The notes beneath the pieces are model-generated. The model worked only from the letters and a program-made list of their open reading frames with translations. It made no database searches and was not told the DNA's origin. From the NCBI GenBank assembly GCA_964016885.1, contig OZ024742.1, positions 98,766,001-98,830,000 on the forward strand: a stretch of DNA of 64,000 nt, in the 5' to 3' direction. Source of the DNA: Eledone cirrhosa (Eukaryota). Each line of letters begins with the position of its first letter. Position 1 is the stretch's first letter. Shown here in pieces: positions 60,301 to 64,000 of the stretch. A program made the position numbers and the translations under genes.

Positions 60301-61469
60301 ATCATTTTTGTCATTCCCTTTATATATAGGTTATATACCTATATGCATATATATGTACATACGTATATAGTTCAAGAATAAACGAGACAAACAAGATAAT
60401 CAATGACACAATGTATTATTAAGTTCACTCTTGGGAATGAAGATAGCGAAAAGAGAAAAAAAGAAGAAAATCAAGAGAAAGAGAAAGAGGAAGGAAATGG
60501 GGGAAATCGAGGTGAAAGATACATATCTTTGTATACGTGCTATTCCTTGCCTCTTTTTACTTTCCGATTCTTCCAATTTGTCACACGATTTGTCTACTCT
60601 ACTCTAATCGATGTCACATCAGTTTGGCTGAAGTTTAATCTATCATATCTAATGTTATTCGTAAAGTCACCCTCATTCAAACACAATCATAAGAAACTTT
60701 CATCTACTTTATTCAGGTTATTTTTCATTTTACATGTATTATTCATTCACACGGTGTATGTATACCGACGTATTTATCTATATCACTTACGTCATCTAGT
60801 GTCTTTACTTTCTCTTCGCCATGTTTTGTATCTTAAATTAAAAAGTATCGTCTGATAACATACATTTCTATATATGACATTCTGCTTCACTCTAAGACAA
60901 GTTGAATAGAGAGAATTCCTTTTATTTCTTTATTTCTAAATTATGTGTCGATGCACATATAAACTTGTAGATATGAATTAAAATCTATAGAATTTATTCG
61001 TTTATACCATGTTTAATTCTCTTACATATGAACAATTTTAGTTTATCTACATCAACTCCTATTTTATGAAATATTATATCAACATATATTTTTCACGGAA
61101 TCTTAAATTTGTTCTGAATAAATTTTACGTATTCATTTTATTATCAAGCAATTACTTTTAAAACGAGTTTATATATTTTTAAATCTGTTTAAATAAATTG
61201 AATTCTGATAAAACCTATTATATACAATGTTTTCCAACGAACTTAGAAGTTTCTCATCTTAGTGATGCAAACAAATCAGAGATCAGCGAAAGAAAATACA
61301 AAGAAATATTGTACACTGAAGTGACTATGTGCGTCACCAGCCTGACATATAGCTAACCTGAATTTATTTCTTCAAAACGTTGCGCTTGAGATATACTTGA
61401 ACAAAAATATAACATAATATTACATAATTAATATGAAGAATTATTTTTACATTTTACAACTCTTCTTCT

Positions 61470-61535
<66 letters not shown>

Positions 61536-61550
61536 TATATATATATATAT

Positions 61551-61666
61551 ATAGGAAAAAGTATGACCCCGACGGCAGAGCTCAAGCCGTTTCGACAGCT
61601 ATTTCTGTCCAGAAATAGACGTCGAAACGGCTTGAACTCTGCCGTCGGGGTCATACTTTTTCCTAT
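61551..61666. repeat. 116-bp near-perfect hairpin
   Basis: ataggaaaaagtatgaccccgacggcagagctcaagccgtttcgac...gtcgaaacggcttgaactctgccgtcggggtcatactttttcctat. Confidence 0.95.
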
Positions 61667-61846
61667 TACCCACTCTACTACCCTAAGTATTGAGTACTCC
61701 GGTGCGTTATGGTCCATCTGGTTCCTTACCACAATTCCTTCGTTATATATAGATATATATATATATATAATCTTATGGTAAATATAGATTCAATTCAAAT
61801 CAAGCACTAGACGGATTTTTCTACATAGGAAAAACGGGGTATATTT

Positions 61847-62884
61847 AGAATGAGAAAATGCTAAGTAGTTGCAGATGTTAAAGCACTTTATTGGTAATGC
61901 TGTGATACATATTTCATAGACGATTGTGGCAACACGATTCTGTGTACCCAGTGCCGTGACATCATCAGACAACTTCTTATACAATAAGGTTACGTTCCCA
62001 AGGCAATCCAAGCAGAAACGACAAGGGAACGGACAAGGCGTGTGTTTTTGAATCGCCTGCCTTTTCCCCTGTGGTCAACAATTCACCTCCGTGATTCTGT
62101 GCAGGCGCAAACGAAAGCTGGCTATCCACTACACCAAAACTCCCCCCAAAATTAGCCCTGACATGTCCCCACACCTCCTCCAACCAAACGACCACACCGT
62201 CCAGGTTTGTAATATGACACTGTTAAAGTATACTGCAAGTGGCAGCAAGCCGATATCCGGTGGTGATGGCAGAGTAACTGTTTCAATAGGCGTTAATACA
62301 CCCCTAATCTATGCCTGGACAATGTTTGGCCATCGCCGCTACGAGAATATAGAATTATCTCTAGATATTATGGTTTCACGCTGGAAATTAAAAATAAAAT
62401 TAAACGTTAAAACAAAAATGAAACGTTAAAATGTTGTTTAAAGTGAATAAAAAAAAATATTATAAAGATTAAATAGGGAGATGTTTAAATTAAAGTAAGA
62501 AGTTTAGAAAAGGCGGTCAATATTGGTTACTTCAGATATAATATCAATATATTGGACGATTGTACCGTATAGCAGAACAGAATAATAATTAAGGTATGAA
62601 ACGTAGTAGTTAGATAAACACATAGTTAATATCTTCTTCTAGCACATGAATCAAAACAAAACCCAAGGATACGTACATAGATACAAAATGAGAAAGGGAA
62701 CATGTATTGTCGTTTCTGTTTGGATTGCTTTGGGAACGTAACCTTATTATATAAGAAGCTGTCTGATGATGTCACGGCACTGGGTACGCAGAAACATGTG
62801 GTCACTGTCGTCATTGAAATATATATCACACCATTAACAATAAAGGACTTTAACATCTGAAACTACTTCGCATTTTCTCATTCT
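61847..62884. mobile_element. Element bounded by about 178-bp inverted repeats, each carrying a hammerhead-like motif
   Basis: 61847-62024 is the reverse complement of 62707-62884 (diverged), with an about 680-bp non-coding spacer. Confidence 0.8.
62757..62808 (+). ncRNA. Type I hammerhead ribozyme (mutated partner at 61924-61972, minus strand)
   Basis: gctgt CTGATGA tgtcacggcactgggtacgca GAAA catgtg GTC actgt. The partner reads ttgt CTGATGA ..gtacaca GAAT cgtgtt GCC acaa. Stem II is weak. Confidence 0.6.
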
Positions 62885-62915
62885 CTCTCTCTCTATATAT
62901 ACATATATAGAATGA

Positions 62916-63006
<91 letters not shown>

Positions 63007-63010
<4 letters not shown>

Positions 63011-63968
63011 TGAAAGACGTAAAATAAGAAAATTTTTAAATTAACTTACTTACTAAAATTTTCACTCAAACTAATTAGTTTCTGTAAGGGAATGAATAGT
63101 TACGCAACGCAAATATAGAAAAATCCTTACGTCAGGGAGTCTATTCTCAGCTAAGTTCCCAGGCAATGCGCGGACACTAGGAACCCATATAAAAATAATA
63201 ATTCAGTGGATGGAAAAAGCAAGCGGGGACTAGATTCCAGGGCACTGAAAACATTCACTGCCTACTTGGTCAGTGGCAAATTCTAAAGAATCAATCACGT
63301 GACACTGAGGTTAATCAGTGAGGAGTGGAGTGGTGATAAGACAACAGCCTAACTACTACCATGAACCATAGCAGTAAATTTCGGCAAGTTTTGCTCAACA
63401 AATAATTTGGAGATAAATATAGAGAATTAGTATATCTATAGCAAATATATAGGTTATGTCTTAGTACCTTTGTGGTTCTATGCAAGGGGGTGCAGAACAA
63501 TTATATGAAAGACGTAAAATAAGAAAATTTTAAAATTAACTTACTAAAATTTTCACTCCAACTAATTAGTTTCTGTAAGGGAATGAATATAGTTACACAA
63601 CGCAACTATTGAGAAATCCTTACGTCATCAGGGAGTCTATTCTCAGCTAAGTTCCCAGGCAATGCGCGGATACGAGGAACCCATATAAAAAAATTTCCAT
63701 CCACTTAATTATTATTTTTATATGGGTTCCTAGTGTCCGCGCATTGCCTGGGATCTTAGCTGAGAATACACTCTCTGATGACGTAAGGATTTTTCTATAG
63801 TTGCGTTGCGTAACTATATTCATTCCCTTACATAAACTAATTAGTTGGAGTGAAAATTTTAGTAAGTTAATTTTAAAATTTTCTTATTTTACGTCTTTCA
63901 TATAATTGTTTTGCATCCCCTTGCATAGAACCACAAAGGTACTAAGACATAACATATACATTTGCTAG
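63007..63968 (-). mobile_element. Non-coding hammerhead-bearing element: about 490-bp period direct repeat plus an inverted copy
   Basis: tgaaagacgtaaaataag starts at 63011 and 63506. 63694-63968 is an inverted copy that includes the unit junction. Confidence 0.85.
63555..63636 (-). ncRNA. Type I hammerhead ribozyme with extended stem II
   Basis: Minus strand reads actcc CTGATGA cgtaagg-(atagttgcg ttg tgtaactat)-ccttaca GAAA ctaattag TT ggagt: palindromic stem III, GUU triplet, C-A mismatch at the base of stem II. The sister copies carry core lesions. Confidence 0.7.
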
Positions 63969-64000
63969 CATGAGTATACATCTGTATACATATGTTGGTA

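Overview
Very AT-rich, microsatellite-dense eukaryotic DNA with no recognisable host exon. The repeat content points to an octopus or other coleoid cephalopod, intergenic or intronic (inference). Most listed ORFs are microsatellite artefacts. The real coding remnants are all transposon-derived: several Penelope-like elements (RT and/or GIY-YIG, including three Naiad-type endonuclease fragments), an internally deleted Helitron Rep/Hel with four 23-aa STPR-like repeats, non-autonomous Helitrons, a mariner transposase, and R4-, Tx1- and RTE-type LINE 3' ends. About a dozen copies of one SINE are also present. The strongest signal is non-coding: at least four unrelated type I hammerhead-ribozyme families (CUGANGA...GAAA...NUH). 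Two of them sit in 440-490 bp tandem units followed by an inverted partial copy (retrozyme-like), one forms an outward-facing inverted pair, and one belongs to a Naiad-type terminal repeat. A separate 116-bp palindrome appears to be built from a hammerhead 3' half. Long fold-back structures are unusually frequent. All calls were made by eye and boundaries are approximate unless stated.
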